From NCBI GenBank assembly GCA_964016885.1, contig OZ024741.1, forward strand, positions 401,946,001-402,010,000: a DNA stretch of 64,000 nucleotides. The letters run 5' to 3'. Within the stretch, counting starts at the first letter, position 1. Every line of letters begins with the position of its first letter. The notes beneath the pieces were generated by a model that worked only from the letters and a program-made list of their open reading frames with translations, was not told the origin of the DNA and did not search any database. The position numbers and the translations under genes were made by a program. Positions 1 through 14,160 of this stretch are shown one piece after another. Source of the DNA: Eledone cirrhosa. Lineage: Eukaryota.

Positions 1-518
1 ACAGCTACTGAGCGACCCCGAGCAACGCCGGGCTGTATCTGTAAATTTCGTTAGGCGTGCAGACAGATAGTCGTGCAGAGAGGTGATATACGCGTGCAGA
101 CAGACAGTCGTGCAGAGAGGTGTTATACGCGTGCAGACAGTCGTGCAGAGAGGTGATATAGGCGTGCAGACAGACAGTCGTGCAGAGAGGTGATATAGGC
201 GTGCAGACAGACATAACTGATAATTTGGTTACGCTAATGTTTTTCTCTGCGTTGCAGTGTTTACATTTTCGATCTTTGTTAATAAATAACCAGTGCAGTT
301 TCTATCCCTAGCATCCTCTTTTGTTATAAGATTCGGGTTATCGTTATGTTTTCTTAACTTCATAAGGCATATTGTTGGTTGAGGGAATATTAATCAAAAA
401 CACCACATGCAAGTCTGCACAGTAGACACTACAGTTTTTAAGCCAAGAAAGAAACTTAACATTGTAACTTTAACACAGCTACTGAGCGACCCCGAGCAAC
501 GCCGGGCTTTACTGCTAG
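1..518 (+). mobile_element. Non-autonomous Helitron, 3' portion (5' end lies outside the window)
   Basis: GC hairpin CCCGAGCAACGCCGGG (491-506) lies 8 nt before CTAG (515-518), followed by T: the canonical Helitron 3' terminus. The same subterminal 33 bp also occurs at 1-33 without CTAG. The element carries an internal minisatellite. Confidence 0.75.
55..213. repeat. 37-bp minisatellite inside the Helitron (about 4.3 copies)
   Basis: Unit GTGCAGACAGACAGTCGTGCAGAGAGGTGATATAGGC starts at 57, 94, 131, 164 and 201 (one unit is 33 bp). Confidence 0.9.
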
Positions 519-912
519 TGTTGTATAAAACCAACTGTAGCATTAGTTAAATATTATAACTAACAGTTGCAAATGTTATGTTGTATAAAACCAACTATAG
601 CATTAGTTAAATATTATAACTAACAGTTGCAAATGTTATGTTGTATAAAACCAACTATAGCATTAGTTAAATATTATAACAGTTGCAAATGTTATGTTGT
701 ATAAAACCAACTGTAGCATTAGTTAAATATTATAACTAACAGTTGCAAATGTTATGTTGTATAAAACCAACTGTAGCATTAGTTAAATATTATAACTAAC
801 AGTTGCAAATGTTATGTTGTATAAAACCAACTATAGCATTAGTTAAATATTATAACTAACAGTTGCAAATGTTATGTTGTATAAAACCAACAGTAGTATT
901 AGCTAAATATTT
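519..912. repeat. 60-bp tandem repeat (about 6.5 copies)
   Basis: Unit TGTTGTATAAAACCAACTRTAGCATTAGTTAAATATTATAACTAACAGTTGCAAATGTTA; one unit is 56 bp. Confidence 0.95.
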
Positions 913-1339
913 TCAAATTTCAACTAGTGCCATCATGTGCCCCTACCCTTCAATCCATACCCCATTCTGGAGGTAGCCTCCACCCTGAAGTCCATAAGTC
1001 CAATTGGCACCTACCTACTTAATTATAAACATATATGCAACTCTGCTAGAAATTATAAAATTATTACATAATTGGTGTACATCAGCAAATATGTGCATAT
1101 CCACACAGAACACAAACATATATCTATGTACCTTGGGGCCAGATCTGATAAATTCTAATGTTTGCCTACCTAGGTTATTCAGTTAGAAGTTACAAAATTA
1201 TATTTGCATAAGTAGTGTGTATCTGCATGTGTGTGTATTCACACACACACACCTTTGTGGCAGATGTGGGCTCTAAACCATAAGGTAGGTGGCCTGTCTA
1301 AGACAGCAGAATTCAGAATAAATAACAATGTTTGGGGGT

Positions 1340-1860
1340 ACACTATATGCTGTAGTGAAGGCAGTCACTTCAAATAAATAGGACTACATGGGGAAGACAT
1401 GGAATCTGTAAGCCTTACTGAAGAGAGCAGCCACTGAGTGAAAGCAAGGACAGGGAAGAGAGGACTCTAAGTCCTGACAAAAACACTTTTTTGCTAAAAG
1501 GTGGAGGTAATTGGAGTAATACAATAACTCAGAACAGTGATAGTCAATAGAATGACAATGGTTATCTACTTAGACCCCACAATCAGGACTAAGTAAAGAA
1601 CAAAAGGATAGTTTCTATGAGTACCTCTTATAGATGATTTCAGTAACAGATGACAGCAACTTCATCTTGGTTGGTGATGAATGGACATTTTGGAAAACAC
1701 CAAGATGGTTACTCTGGAATACATGATGGCTATGGAAATGAAGAGGGATCAAGGCTCCTCTAGGAACATTGAGCCCTGTAAATAACCTAACCATTTGCAA
1801 CACTAATTTCAGGAAATCAGCTAACCAGCCATGTGATCATCTACCAATCAGGTGAACATT
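1340..1860 (+). mobile_element. Heavily decayed RTE-type LINE, APE endonuclease relic
   Basis: Frameshifted remnants such as 'FILVGD', 'NEEG.RLL' and 'NLTICNTNFRK' resemble APE endonuclease motifs of RTE LINEs. Many stops; boundaries approximate. Confidence 0.5.
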
Positions 1861-1911
1861 TAAGACTGTGAAGGAGGTAGATAGAAACTGTGTGGAAGCA
1901 TGCTTCTGTCT

Positions 1912-4900
1912 TTGAATGGTAGACTTAATGTCACCTGTTACACCACCACCTAGTCCTGTCCTTCAGTGGTAGACTTAATGTCACCTGTTACACCACCTAG
2001 TCCTGTCCTTCAGTGGTAGACTTAATGTCACCTGTTACACCACCTAGTCCTGTCCTTCAGTGGTAGACTTAATGTCAGCTGTTACACCACCTAGTCCTGT
2101 CCTTCAGTGGTAGACTTAATGTCACCTGTTACACCACCTAGTCCTGTCCTTCAGTGGTAGACTTAATGTCGCCTGTTATTACAACACCTAGTCCTGTCCT
2201 TCAGTGGTAGACTTAATGTCACCTGTTACACCACCACCTAGTCCTGTCCTTCAGTGGTAGACTTAATGTCACCTGTTACACCACCTAGTCCTGTCCTTTA
2301 GTGGTAGACTTAATGTCGCCTGTTATTACAACACCTAGTCCTGTCCTTCAGTGGTAGACTTAATGTCACCTGTTACACCACCACCTAGTCCTGTCCTTCA
2401 GTGGTAGACTTAATATGTCACCTGTTATAACACCACCTAGTCCTGTCCTTTAGTGGTAGACTTAATGTCACCTGTTACACCACCACCTAGTCCTGTCCTT
2501 TAGTGGTAGACTTAATGTCACCTGTTACACCACCACCTAGTCCTGTCCTTTAGTGGTAGACTTAATGTCACCTGTTACACCACCTAGTCCTGTCCTTCAG
2601 TGGTAGACTTAATGTCACCTGTTACACCACCTAGTCCTGTCCTTCAGTGGTAGACTTAATGTCAGCTGTTACACCACCTAGTCCTGTCCTTCAGTGGTAG
2701 ACTTAATGTCACCTGTTACACCACCTAGTCTTGTCCTTCAGTGGTAGACTTAATGTCGCCTGTTATTACAACACCTAGTCCTGTCCTTCAGTGGTAGACT
2801 TAATGTCACCTGTTACACCACCACCTAGTCCTGTCCTTCAGTGGTAGACTTAATATGTCACCTGTTATAACACCACCTAGTCCTGTCCTTTAGTGGTAGA
2901 CTTAATGTCACCTGTTACACCACCACCTAGTCCTGTCCTTTAGTGGTAGACTTAATGTCACCTGTTATTACACCACCTAGTCCTGTCCTTTAGTGGTAGA
3001 CTTAATGTCACCTGTTACACCACCACCTAGTCCTGTCCTTTAGTGGTAGACTTAATGTCACCTGTTACACCACCTAGTCCTGTCCTTCAGTGGTAGACTT
3101 AATGTCACCTGTTATAACACCACCTAGTCCTGTCCTTCAGTGGTAGACTTAATGTCACCTGTTACACCACCACCTAGTCCTGTCCTTTAGTGGTAGACTT
3201 AATGTCACCTGTTACACCACCACCTAGTCCTGTCCTTTAGTGGTAGACTTAATGTCACCTGTTACACCACCTAGTCCTGTCCTTCAGTGGTAGACTTAAT
3301 GTCACCTGTTATAACACCACCTAGTCCTGTCCTTTAGTGGTAGACTTAATGTCACCTGTTACACCACCTAGTCCTGTCCTTCAGTGGTAGACTTAATGTC
3401 ACCTGTTACACCACCTAGTCAAGTCCTTTAGTGGTAGACTTAATGTCACTTGTTACACCACCACCTAGTCCTGTCCTTTAGTGGTAGACTTAATGTCACC
3501 TGTTACACCACCACCTAGTCCTGTCCTTCAGTGGTAGACTTAATGTCACCTGTTACACCACCTAGTCCTGTCCTTTAGTGGTAGACTTAATGTCACCTGT
3601 TACACCACCACCTAGTCCTGTCTTTTAGTGGTAGACTTAATGTCACCTGTTACACCACCACCTAGTCCTGTCCTTCAGTGGTAGACTTAATGTCACCTGT
3701 TACACCACCTAGTCCTGTCCTTTAGTGGTAGACTTAATGTCACCTGTTACACCACCTAGTCCTGTCTTTCAGTGGTAGACTTAATATGTCACCTGTTATA
3801 CCACCTAGTCCTGTCCTTCAGTGGTAGACTTAATGACACCTGTTACACCACCTAGTCCTGTCCTTTAGTGGTAGACTTAATGTCACCTGTTACACCACCT
3901 AGTCCTGTCCTTCAGTGGTAGACTTAATGTCACCTGTTACACCACCACCTAGTCCTGTCCTTCAGTGGTAGACTTAATGTCACCTGTTACACCACCTAGT
4001 CCTGTCCTTTAGTGGTAGACTTAATGTCACCTGTTACACCACCTAGTCCTGTCCTTCAGTGGTAGACTTAATGTCACCTGTTACACCACCACCTAGTCCT
4101 GTCCTTCAGTGGTAGACTTAATGTCACCTGTTACACCACCACCTAGTCCTGTCCTTCAGTGGTAGACTTAATGTCACCTGTTACACTACCACCTAGTCCT
4201 GTCCTTCAGTGGTAGACTTAATGTCACCTGTTACACTACCACCTAGTCCTGTCCTTCAGTGGTAGACTTAATGTCACCTGTTACACCACCACCTAGTCCT
4301 GTCCTTCAGTGGTAGACTTAATGTCACCTGTTACAACACCTAGTCCTGTCCTTTAGTGGTAGACTTAATGTCACCTGTTATTACACCACCTAGTCCTGTC
4401 CTTCAGTGGTAGACTTAATGTCACCTGTTATACCACCACCTAGTCCTGTCCTTCAGTGGTAGACTTAATGTCACCTGTTATTACACCACATAGTCCTGTC
4501 CTTCAGTGGTAGACTTAATGTCACCTGTTATTACAACACCTAGTCCTGTCCTTCAGTGGTAGACTTAATGTCACCTGTTATAACACCTAGTCGTGTCCTT
4601 CAGTGGTAGACTTAATGTCACCTGTTATACCACCTAGTCCTGTCCTTTAGTGGTAGACTTAATGTCACCTGTTATACCACCTAGTCCTGTCCTTTAGTGG
4701 TAGACTTAATGTCACCTGTTATACCACCTAGTCCTGTCCTTTAGTGGTAGACTTAATGTCACCTGTTACACCACCACCTAGTCCTGTCCTTCAGTGGTAG
4801 ACTTAATGTCACCTGTTATTACAACACCTAGTCCTGTCCTTCAGTGGTAGACTTAATGTCACCTGTTACACCACCATCTAGTCCTGTCCTTTAGTGGTAG

Positions 4901-7900
4901 ACTTAATGTCACCTGTTACACCACCTAGTCCTGTCCTTCAGTGGTAGACTTAATGTCACCTGTTACACCACCTAGTCAAGTCCTTCAGTGGTAGACTTAA
5001 TGTCACTTGTTACACCACCACCTAGTCCTGTCCTTTAGTGGTAGACTTAATGTCACCTGTTACACCACCACCTAGTCCTGTCCTTTAGTGGTAGACTTAA
5101 TGTTACCTGTTACACCACCACCTAGTCCTGTCCTTCAGTGGTAGACTTAATGTCACCTGTTACACCACCACCTAGTCCTGTCCTTGAGTGGTAGACTTAA
5201 TATGTCACCTGTTATAACACCACCTAGTCCTGTCCTTCAGTGGTAGACTTAATGTCACCTGTTACACCACCTAGTCCTGTCCTTTAGTGGTAGACTTAAT
5301 GTCACCTGTTATAACACCACCTAGTCCTGTCCTTCAGTGGTAGACTTAATGTCACCTGTTACACCACCACCTAGTCCTGTCCTTGAGTGGTAGACTTAAT
5401 ATGTCACCTGTTACACCACCACCTAGTCCTGTCCTTCAGTGGTAGACTTAATGTCACCTGTTACACCACCACCTAGTCCTGTCCTTTAGTGGTAGACTTA
5501 ATGTCACCTGTTACACCACCTAGTCCTGTCCTTCAGTGGTAGACTTAATGTCACTTGTTACACCAACACCTAGTCCTGTCCTTTAGTGGTAGACTTAATG
5601 TCACCTGTTATTACAACACTTAGTCCTGTCCTTCAGTGGTAGACTTAATGTCACCTGTTATAACACCACCTAGTCCTGTCCTTTAGTGGTAGACTTAATG
5701 TCACCTGTTACACCACCTAGTCCTGTCCTTCAGTGGTAGACTTAATGTCGCCTGTTATTACAACACCTAGTCCTGTCCTTCAGTGGTAGACTTAATGTCA
5801 CCTGTTACACCACCACCTAGTCCTGTCCTTCAGTGGTAGACTTAATATGTCACCTGTTATAACACCACCTAGTCCTGTCCTTTAGTGGTAGACTTAATGT
5901 CACCTGTTACACCACCACCTTGTCCTGTCCTTTAGTGGTAGACTTAATGTCACCTGTTACACCACCACCTAGTCCTGTCCTTTAGTGGTAGACTTAATGT
6001 CACCTGTTACACCACCACCTAGTCCTGTCCTTTAGTGGTAGACTTAATGTCACCTGTTACACCACCTAGTCCTGTCCTTCAGTGGTAGACTTAATGTCAC
6101 CTGTTACACCACCTAGTCCTGTCCTTCAGTGGTAGACTTAATGTCAGCTGTTACACCACCTAGTCCTGTCCTTCAGTGGTAGACTTAATGTCACCTGTTA
6201 CACCACCTAGTCCTGTCCTTCAGTGGTAGACTTAATGTCGCCTGTTATTACAACACCTAGTCCTGTCCTTCAGTGGTAGACTTAATGTCACCTGTTACAC
6301 CACCACCTAGTCCTGTCCTTCAGTGGTAGACTTAATATGTCACCTGTTATAACACCACCTAGTCCTGTCCTTTAGTGGTAGACTTAATGTCACCTGTTAC
6401 ACCACCACCTAGTCCTGTCCTTTAGTGGTAGACTTAATGTCACCTGTTATTACACCACCTAGTCCTGTCCTTTAGTGGTAGACTTAATGTCACCTGTTAC
6501 ACCACCACCTAGTCCTGTCCTTTAGTGGTAGACTTAATGTCACCTGTTACACCACCTAGTCCTGTCCTTCAGTGGTAGACTTAATGTCACCTGTTATAAC
6601 ACCACCTAGTCCTGTCCTTCAGTGGTAGACTTAATGTCACCTGTTACACCACCACCTAGTCCTGTCCTTTAGTGGTAGACTTAATGTCACCTGTTACACC
6701 ACCACCTAGTCCTGTCCTTTAGTGGTAGACTTAATGTCACCTGTTACACCACCTAGTCCTGTCCTTCAGTGGTAGACTTAATGTCACCTGTTATAACACC
6801 ACCTAGTCCTGTCCTTTAGTGGTAGACTTAATGTCACCTGTTACACCACCTAGTCCTGTCCTTCAGTGGTAGACTTAATGTCACCTGTTACACCACCTAG
6901 TCAAGTCCTTTAGTGGTAGACTTAATGTCACCTGTTACACCACCACCTAGTCCTGTCCTTCAGTGGTAGACTTAATGTCACCTGTTACACCACCTAGTCC
7001 TGTCCTTTAGTGGTAGACTTAATGTCACCTGTTACACCACCACCTAGTCCTGTCCTTTAGTGGTAGACTTAATGTCACCTGTTACACCACCACCTAGTCC
7101 TGTCCTTCAGTGGTACACTTAATGTCACCTGTTACACCACCTAGTCCTGTCCTTTAGTGGTAGACTTAATGTTACCTGTTACACCACCTAGTCCTGTCTT
7201 TCAGTGGTAGACTTAATATGTCACCTGTTATACCACCTAGTCCTGTCCTTCAGTGGTAGACTTAATGACACCTGTTACACCACCTAGTGCTGTCCTTTAG
7301 TGGTAGACTTAATGTCACCTGTTACACCACCTAGTCCTGTCCTTTAGTGGTAGACTTAATGTCACCTGTTACACCACCTAGTCCTGTCCTTCAGTGGTAG
7401 ACTTAATGTCACCTGTTACACCACCACCTAGTCCTGTCCTTCAGTGGTAGACTTAATGTCACCTGTTACACCACCACCTAGTCCTGTCCTTCAGTGGTAG
7501 ACTTAATGTCACCTGTTACACTACCACCTAGTCCTGTCCTTCAGTGGTAGACTTAATGTCACCTGTTACACTACCACCTAGTCCTGTCCTTCAGTGGTAG
7601 ACTTAATGTCACCTGTTACACCACCACCTAGTCCTGTCCTTCAGTGGTAGACTTAATGTCACCTGTTACAACACCTAGTCCTGTCCTTTAGTGGTAGACT
7701 TAATGTCACCTGTTATTACACCACCTAGTCCTGTCCTTCAGTGGTAGACTTAATGTCACCTGTTATACCACCACCTAGTCCTGTCCTTCAGTGGTAGACT
7801 TAATGTCACCTGTTATTACACCACATAGTCCTGTCCTTCAGTGGTAGACTTAATGTCACCTGTTATTACAACACCTAGTCCTGTCCTTCAGTGGTAGACT

Positions 7901-10900
7901 TAATGTCACCTGTTATAACACCTAGTCGTGTCCTTCAGTGGTAGACTTAATGTCACCTGTTATACCACCTAGTCCTGTCCTTTAGTGGTAGACTTAATGT
8001 CACCTGTTATACCACCTAGTCCTGTCCTTTAGTGGTAGACTTAATGTCACCTGTTATACCACCTAGTCCTGTCCTTTAGTGGTAGACTTAATGTCACCTG
8101 TTACACCACCACCTAGTCCTGTCCTTCAGTGGTAGACTTAATGTCACCTGTTATTACAACACCTAGTCCTGTCCTTCAGTGGTAGACTTAATGTCACCTG
8201 TTACACCACCATCTAGTCCTGTCCTTTAGTGGTAGACTTAATGTCACCTGTTACACCACCTAGTCCTGTCCTTCAGTGGTAGACTTAATGTCACCTGTTA
8301 CACCACCTAGTCAAGTCCTTCAGTGGTAGACTTAATGTCACTTGTTACACCACCACCTAGTCCTGTCCTTTAGTGGTAGACTTAATGTCACCTGTTACAC
8401 CACCACCTAGTCCTGTCCTTTAGTGGTAGACTTAATGTTACCTGTTACACCACCACCTAGTCCTGTCCTTCAGTGGTAGACTTAATGTCACCTGTTACAC
8501 CACCACCTAGTCCTGTCCTTGAGTGGTAGACTTAATATGTCACCTGTTATAACACCACCTAGTCCTGTCCTTCAGTGGTAGACTTAATGTCACCTGTTAC
8601 ACCACCTAGTCCTGTCCTTTAGTGGTAGACTTAATGTCACCTGTTATAACACCACCTAGTCCTGTCTTTCAGTGGTAGACTTAATATGTCACCTGTTATA
8701 ACACCACCTAGCCCTGTCCTTCAGTGGTAGACTTAATGTCACCTGTTATACCACCACCTAGTCCTGTCCTTTAGTGGTAGACTTAATGTCACCTGTTACA
8801 CCACCTAGTCCTGTCCTTTAGTGGTAGACATAATGTCACCTGTTACACCACCTAGTCCTGTCCTTTAGTGGTAGACTTAATGTCACCTGTTACACCACCT
8901 AGTCCTGTCCTTTAGTGGTAGACTTAATGTCACCTGTTACACCACCTAGTCCTGTCTTTCAGTGGTAGACTTAATATGTCACCTGTTATAACACCACCTA
9001 GCCCTGTCCTTCAGTGGTAGACTTAATGTCACCTGTTACACCACCTAGTCCTGTCCTTTAGTGGTAGACTTAATGTCACCTGTTACACCACCTAGTCCTG
9101 TCCTTTAGTGGTAGACTTAATGTCACCTGTTATAACACCACCTAGTCCTGTCCTTTAGTGGTAGACTTAATGTCACCTGTTATTACACCACCTAGTCCTG
9201 TCCTTTAGTGGTAGACTTAATGTTACCTGTTATACCACCTAGTCCTGTCCTTTAGTGGTAGACTTAATGTCACCTGTTACACTACCACCTAGTCCTGTCC
9301 TTCAGTGGTAGACTTAATGTCACCTGTTATACCACCACCTAGTCCTGTCCTTTAGTGGTAGACTTAATGTCACCTGTTACACCACCTAGTCCTGTCCTTC
9401 AGTGGTAGACTTAATGTCACCTGTTACACTACCACCTAGTCCTGTCCTTCAGTGGTAGACTTAATGTCACCTGTTACACCACCACCTAGTCCTGTCCTTT
9501 AGTGGTAGACTTAATGTCACCTGTTATAACACCACCTAGTCCTGTCCTTTAGTGGTAGACTTAATGTCACCTGTTATACCACCACCTAGTCCTGTCCTTT
9601 AGTGGTAGACTTAATGTCACCTGTTACACCACCTAGTCCTGTCCTTTAGTGGTAGACTTAATGTCACCTGTTATAACACCACCTAGTCCTGTCCTTCAGT
9701 GGTAGACTTAATGTCACCTGTTACACTACCACCTAGTCCTGTCCTTCAGTGGTAGACTTAATGTCACCTGTTACACCACCACCTAGTCCTGTCCTTCAGT
9801 GGTAGACTTAATGTCACCTGTTACACTACCACCTAGTCCTGTCCTTCAGTGGTAGACTTAATGTCACCTGTTACACGACCATCTAGTCCTGTCCTTCAGT
9901 GGTAGACTTAATGTCACCTGTTACACCACATAGTCCTGTCCTTCAGTGGTAGACTTAATGTCACCTGTTATACCACCACCTAGTCCTGTCCTTCAGTGGT
10001 AGACTTAATGTCACCTGTTACACCACATAGCCCTGTCCTTCAGTGGTAGACTTAATGTCACCTGTTATACCACCACCTAGTCCTGTCCTTCAGTGGTAGA
10101 CTTAATGTCACCTGTTACACGACCATCTAGTCCTGTCCTTCAGTGGTAGACTTAATGTCACCTGTTACACCACCTAGTCCTGTCCTTCAGTGGTAGACTT
10201 AATGTCACCTGTTATACCACCACCTAGTCCTGTCCTTTAGTGGTAGACTTAATGTCACCTGTTACACCACCACCTAGTCCTGTCCTTTAGTGGTAGACTT
10301 AATGTCACCTGTTACACCACCTAGTCCTGTCCTTCAGTGGTAGACTTAATGTCACCTGTTATACCACCACCTAGTCCTGTCCTTCAGTGGTAGACTTAAT
10401 GTCACCTGTTACACCACCTAGTCCTGTCCTTTAGTGGTAGACTTAATGTCACCTGTTACACCACCTAGTCCTGTCCTTTAGTGGTAGACTTAATGTTACC
10501 TGTTATACCACCTAGTCCTGTCCTTCAGTGGTAGACTTAATGTCACCTGTTATAACACCACCTAGTCCTGTCCTTCAGTGGTAGACTTAATGTCACCTGT
10601 TACACCACCTAGTCCTGTCCTTTAGTGGTAGACTTAATATGTCACCTGTTATAACACCACCTAGCCCTGTCCTTCAGTGGTAGACTTAATGTCACCTGTT
10701 ACACCACCACCTAGTCCTGTCCTTCAGTGGTAGACTTAATGTCACCTGTTACACCACCTAGTCCTGTCCTTCAGTGGTAGACTTAATGTCACCTGTTACA
10801 CCACCTAGTCCTGTCCTTCAGTGGTAGACTTAATGTCACCTGTTACACCACCACCTAGTCCTGTCCTTCAGTGGTAGACTTAATGTCACCTGTTATAACA

Positions 10901-11703
10901 CCACCTAGTCCTGTCCTTCAGTGGTAGACTTAATGTCACCTGTTACGCCACCTAGTCCTGTCCTTTAGTGGTAGACTTAATGTCACCTGTTATTACACCA
11001 CCTAGTCCTGTCCTTCAGTGGGAGACTTAATGTCACCTGTTACACCACCTAGTCCTGTCCTTTAGTGGTAGAATTAATGTCACCTGTTATTACACCACCT
11101 AGTCCTGTCCTTCAGTGGTAGACTTAATGTCACCTGTTATAACACCACCTAGTCCTGTCCTTTAGTGGTAGACTTAATGTCACCTGTTACACCACCACCT
11201 AGTCCTGTCCTTCAGTGGTAGACTTAATGTCACCTGTTACACCACCTAGTCCTGTCCTTCAGTGGTAGACTTAATGTCACTTGTTACACCACCTAGTCCT
11301 GTCCTTTAGTGGTAGACTTAATGTCACCTGTTATAACACCACCTAGTCCTGTCCTTCAGTGGTAGACTTAATGTCACCTGTTACACCACCTACTCCTGTC
11401 CTTTAGTGGTAGACTTAATGTCACCTGTTATTACACCACCTAGTCCTGTCCTTCAGTGGTAGACTTAATGTCACCTGTTACACCACCACCTAGTCCTGTC
11501 CTTCAGTGGTAGACTTAATGTCACCTGTTACACCACCACCTAGTCCTGTCCTTGAGTGGTAGACTTAATGTCACCTGTTATTACACCACCTAGTCCTGTC
11601 CTTCAGTGGTAGACAATGTCACCTGTTACACCACCTAGTCCTGTCCTTGAGTGGTAGACTTAATATGTCACCTGTTATAATACCACTACCTAGCCCTTGA
11701 ATG
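1912..11703. repeat. 9.8-kb minisatellite, 47/50-bp unit (about 200 copies), in intron 2 of the RNF126-like gene
   Basis: Unit GTGGTAGACTTAATGTCACCTGTTACACC(ACC)ACCTAGTCCTGTCCTT(C/T)A. Variant units define a roughly 3.3-3.5 kb internal duplication. Confidence 0.98.
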
Positions 11704-11898
11704 TCTTTAGCAGGATCCACTTATTACAAGTATTTGGGCCTGGTCTCTGGCCCAAGATTAAAACTGCCTCGACTTTTTCCCTGTCTCAAAGTTTGACAAA
11801 AGAAGAGATGGGTGCTACCCTTTCACATAAGAAATGATAGCTTCTAGTTTAGATTCCTATAAATACTGTAAGAATTCAAATTTTTTAAATAATCTTAC

Positions 11899-11948
11899 TC
11901 TGTAATTTCTTCTACAAATCCATTTTCACAGCGGGGACATGTGAAATC
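11899..11948 (-). CDS. RNF126: Exon 2 of RNF126/RNF115-like E3 ubiquitin ligase (second half of the N-terminal zinc ribbon)
   Basis: Minus strand: poly-T...TAG acceptor, then GAT TTC ACA TGT CCC CGC TGT GAA AAT GGA TTT GTA GAA GAA ATT ACA GA, then GTAAGA donor. Translates to DFTCPRCENGFVEEIT, matching the family motif DYICPRCESGFIEEL, and joins exon 1 in phase 0. Confidence 0.93.
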
Positions 11949-12656
11949 CTAAAAAAAAAAAAAGAAAAAAATTTATTTCTGGGAAGAAAAACTGAAACAA
12001 AGTTTATTTCTAAATGTAGAAAATGTTTCACATTTGAACTATGAAAAGTATCTAGATTATTCAACATTTTAATATTTGCTTTACCATGCTGGTATGAGAT
12101 GGACCATTTTGTTTTTAGACAGTTTCCTATGGACCAATGCCCTTCATAGTTTACTTTTAAGTATGGTATATATAGCAAGAGTCTTCATTAAACCATTAAC
12201 TTGCAGGGCTCAAATGTTATTGTTTGTTAATAAGAGAAGAGACACGAGGAGATAGAAACACACACACACTACAGGCTTTTATCTATCAAATTTACTCATA
12301 AGGCATTAATCAGCTCAAGGTACATAGCAATAGGATTGAACCTAAATCCATGTAGCTGTGAAATAAACTTAACCACAACCATAACTGAATTCAGCCCTGA
12401 ATTGATAACAAATTTAGATGTTTCTCAGTTATGCATGGACCCATAACCTCTGAAGGTGTCATAGGAGCACTGTCCTGATATACAGCGTTTTGGGGCATTT
12501 TAAAACCTGTTGGAGCCCATCTCCTCTAAAGGAATACAGATTTCTTCCAGGATAGAGAGGAGTGAATAGAAGTGAGAAAGAAATATAGAGCAAGAAGAAT
12601 CAGCCCTAGTACCAGACTGGTACTTCTTTTTTTAAGTTGACCTCAGATCTAGTTAA

Positions 12657-12860
12657 CCCTTTAGCATTTACATTACTCTATATTTACTATTGTATTTTCA
12701 CGGTAAATTATCTCACATAATATCAAATCTATGAGATTTTGATATTATTTATTTTGAGAACAATACCTTAACATCAATACGAGTGGCCAGTTATAGCCAG
12801 TTTGAACAGAAAGAGGTGAGAAAATTTTGGCCGGATACAGCCGATTTAAATGCTAAAGGG
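12657..12860. mobile_element. piggyBac-type MITE (204 bp)
   Basis: Perfect 14-bp terminal inverted repeats (TIRs) CCCTTTAGCATTTA / TAAATGCTAAAGGG, flanked by TTAA on both sides. Confidence 0.88.
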
Positions 12861-13649
12861 TTAAACAGAGAAAGAAAAAAAAGATAGCTTTAAAATCTTC
12901 ACATTTATATTAAAATCTTCCATCAATTTTATTTTGTAAATGTTTGTTAAACAATGTTCTTGCTAATGAAGACATTTTATTAAATCTTACACATACTCAG
13001 TTATCAGAAACATGATAACAAAAACAAAATCAACATAACTGAAACAACATATTTTGTAACTGTTAAAATAAGAAAAAAAGTACTTATGAAAGCAGAAATG
13101 GGAATTTCCACACAGGAAATAATAAATAAATAAAATGATGAATGAAAATTGAAGGTCTCCACAGAAGTGTTAAATTCTTTCATTATTTTGACAAATAGTC
13201 TGTCTAATTAGAGGTAAAGTGACCATGATGGATTATTCAAAATTAAGTCTCAATTAAAATTTCTCATGCATTTTAACTTGGTCTGGCTTTATAGTATTTA
13301 GATAATAGTAAGTAACCAGAGATCGGCGAGTCACTCCAGATGGAGCTACTACTCCAAATTGCCGATACTCCAAGCTTGTTGCCAACCATTGTTGCTGGTT
13401 TTTGAGATGTTTTATGCTTGGAAAAATTATTTGTGAATCAATTTGTTCAAGGTGAGAGCTGTTGGTGAACTGAGGTGACATTGTACTTTGTTAAAAATAC
13501 TGTATATGAAATTGAGTATCCATTCTTCGACAAGTATAACTATGTCTTTTGAGAGGGTCCGTATTTAAATAAAAGGAGCGACAAAATAGTTAGGAACCAC
13601 TTATGTAGAGCATGATATAAAGTCATGTTAATGCCAATATATTCAATTC

Positions 13650-13944
13650 TAGAAGGAATGATGTTAGAGCTGTGAAATCTTGCATGCATTAATTCAACTC
13701 TTCCTAATAAAATTATTTCTTTCCAGAGACTATGTTGAAAAAATAAACCCCCATTTGATCATTCCATGAGAGTATCTTGGTCAGCCTATGAAGGAGTGAT
13801 GCTAGAGCTGTCAAATCTTGCACGAATTAATTTCAATTTTTCTTAACTTGGTTTCTACCAGAGACTTAGTTGAAAAACAAACCTCATTTGGTCATTCCAT
13901 GAGAGTATCTTGGTCAGCCTATGAACCTTCCAGGTGACCCTCAT
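13650..13944 (+). mobile_element. Mariner-type MITE remnant with tandemly duplicated body
   Basis: Two consecutive copies (about 140 bp) of GAAGGAGTGATGCTAGAGCTGTGAAATCTTGCA...GAGAGTATCTTGGTCAGCCTATGAA. Same family as 20224-20420. Confidence 0.7.
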
Positions 13945-14160
13945 AATTAGCAAAAGCTAACACCAAAATAATGTACTTTTATTTTTTAAAAACTATACAA
14001 ATATTGAATAATGAAAAATAAGAAGCTAATAGTTCATAATCCAATAATCATTGAGTTAGATACTAAATTATTTGACCTACCAATAACACTAAGTAGCTTT
14101 CTAGTTACATGTCTCACTTAATAATCTTGGTCCAGTGGCTTAAATTGACAAAATCATTAA

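Noticed and set aside
13254-13540. Non-repetitive, coding-looking minus-strand ORF (75 aa) in intron 1
   Set aside because: No recognisable homology or convincing splice sites, and exons 1 and 2 already join into a complete domain without it. A BLASTX could revisit this.
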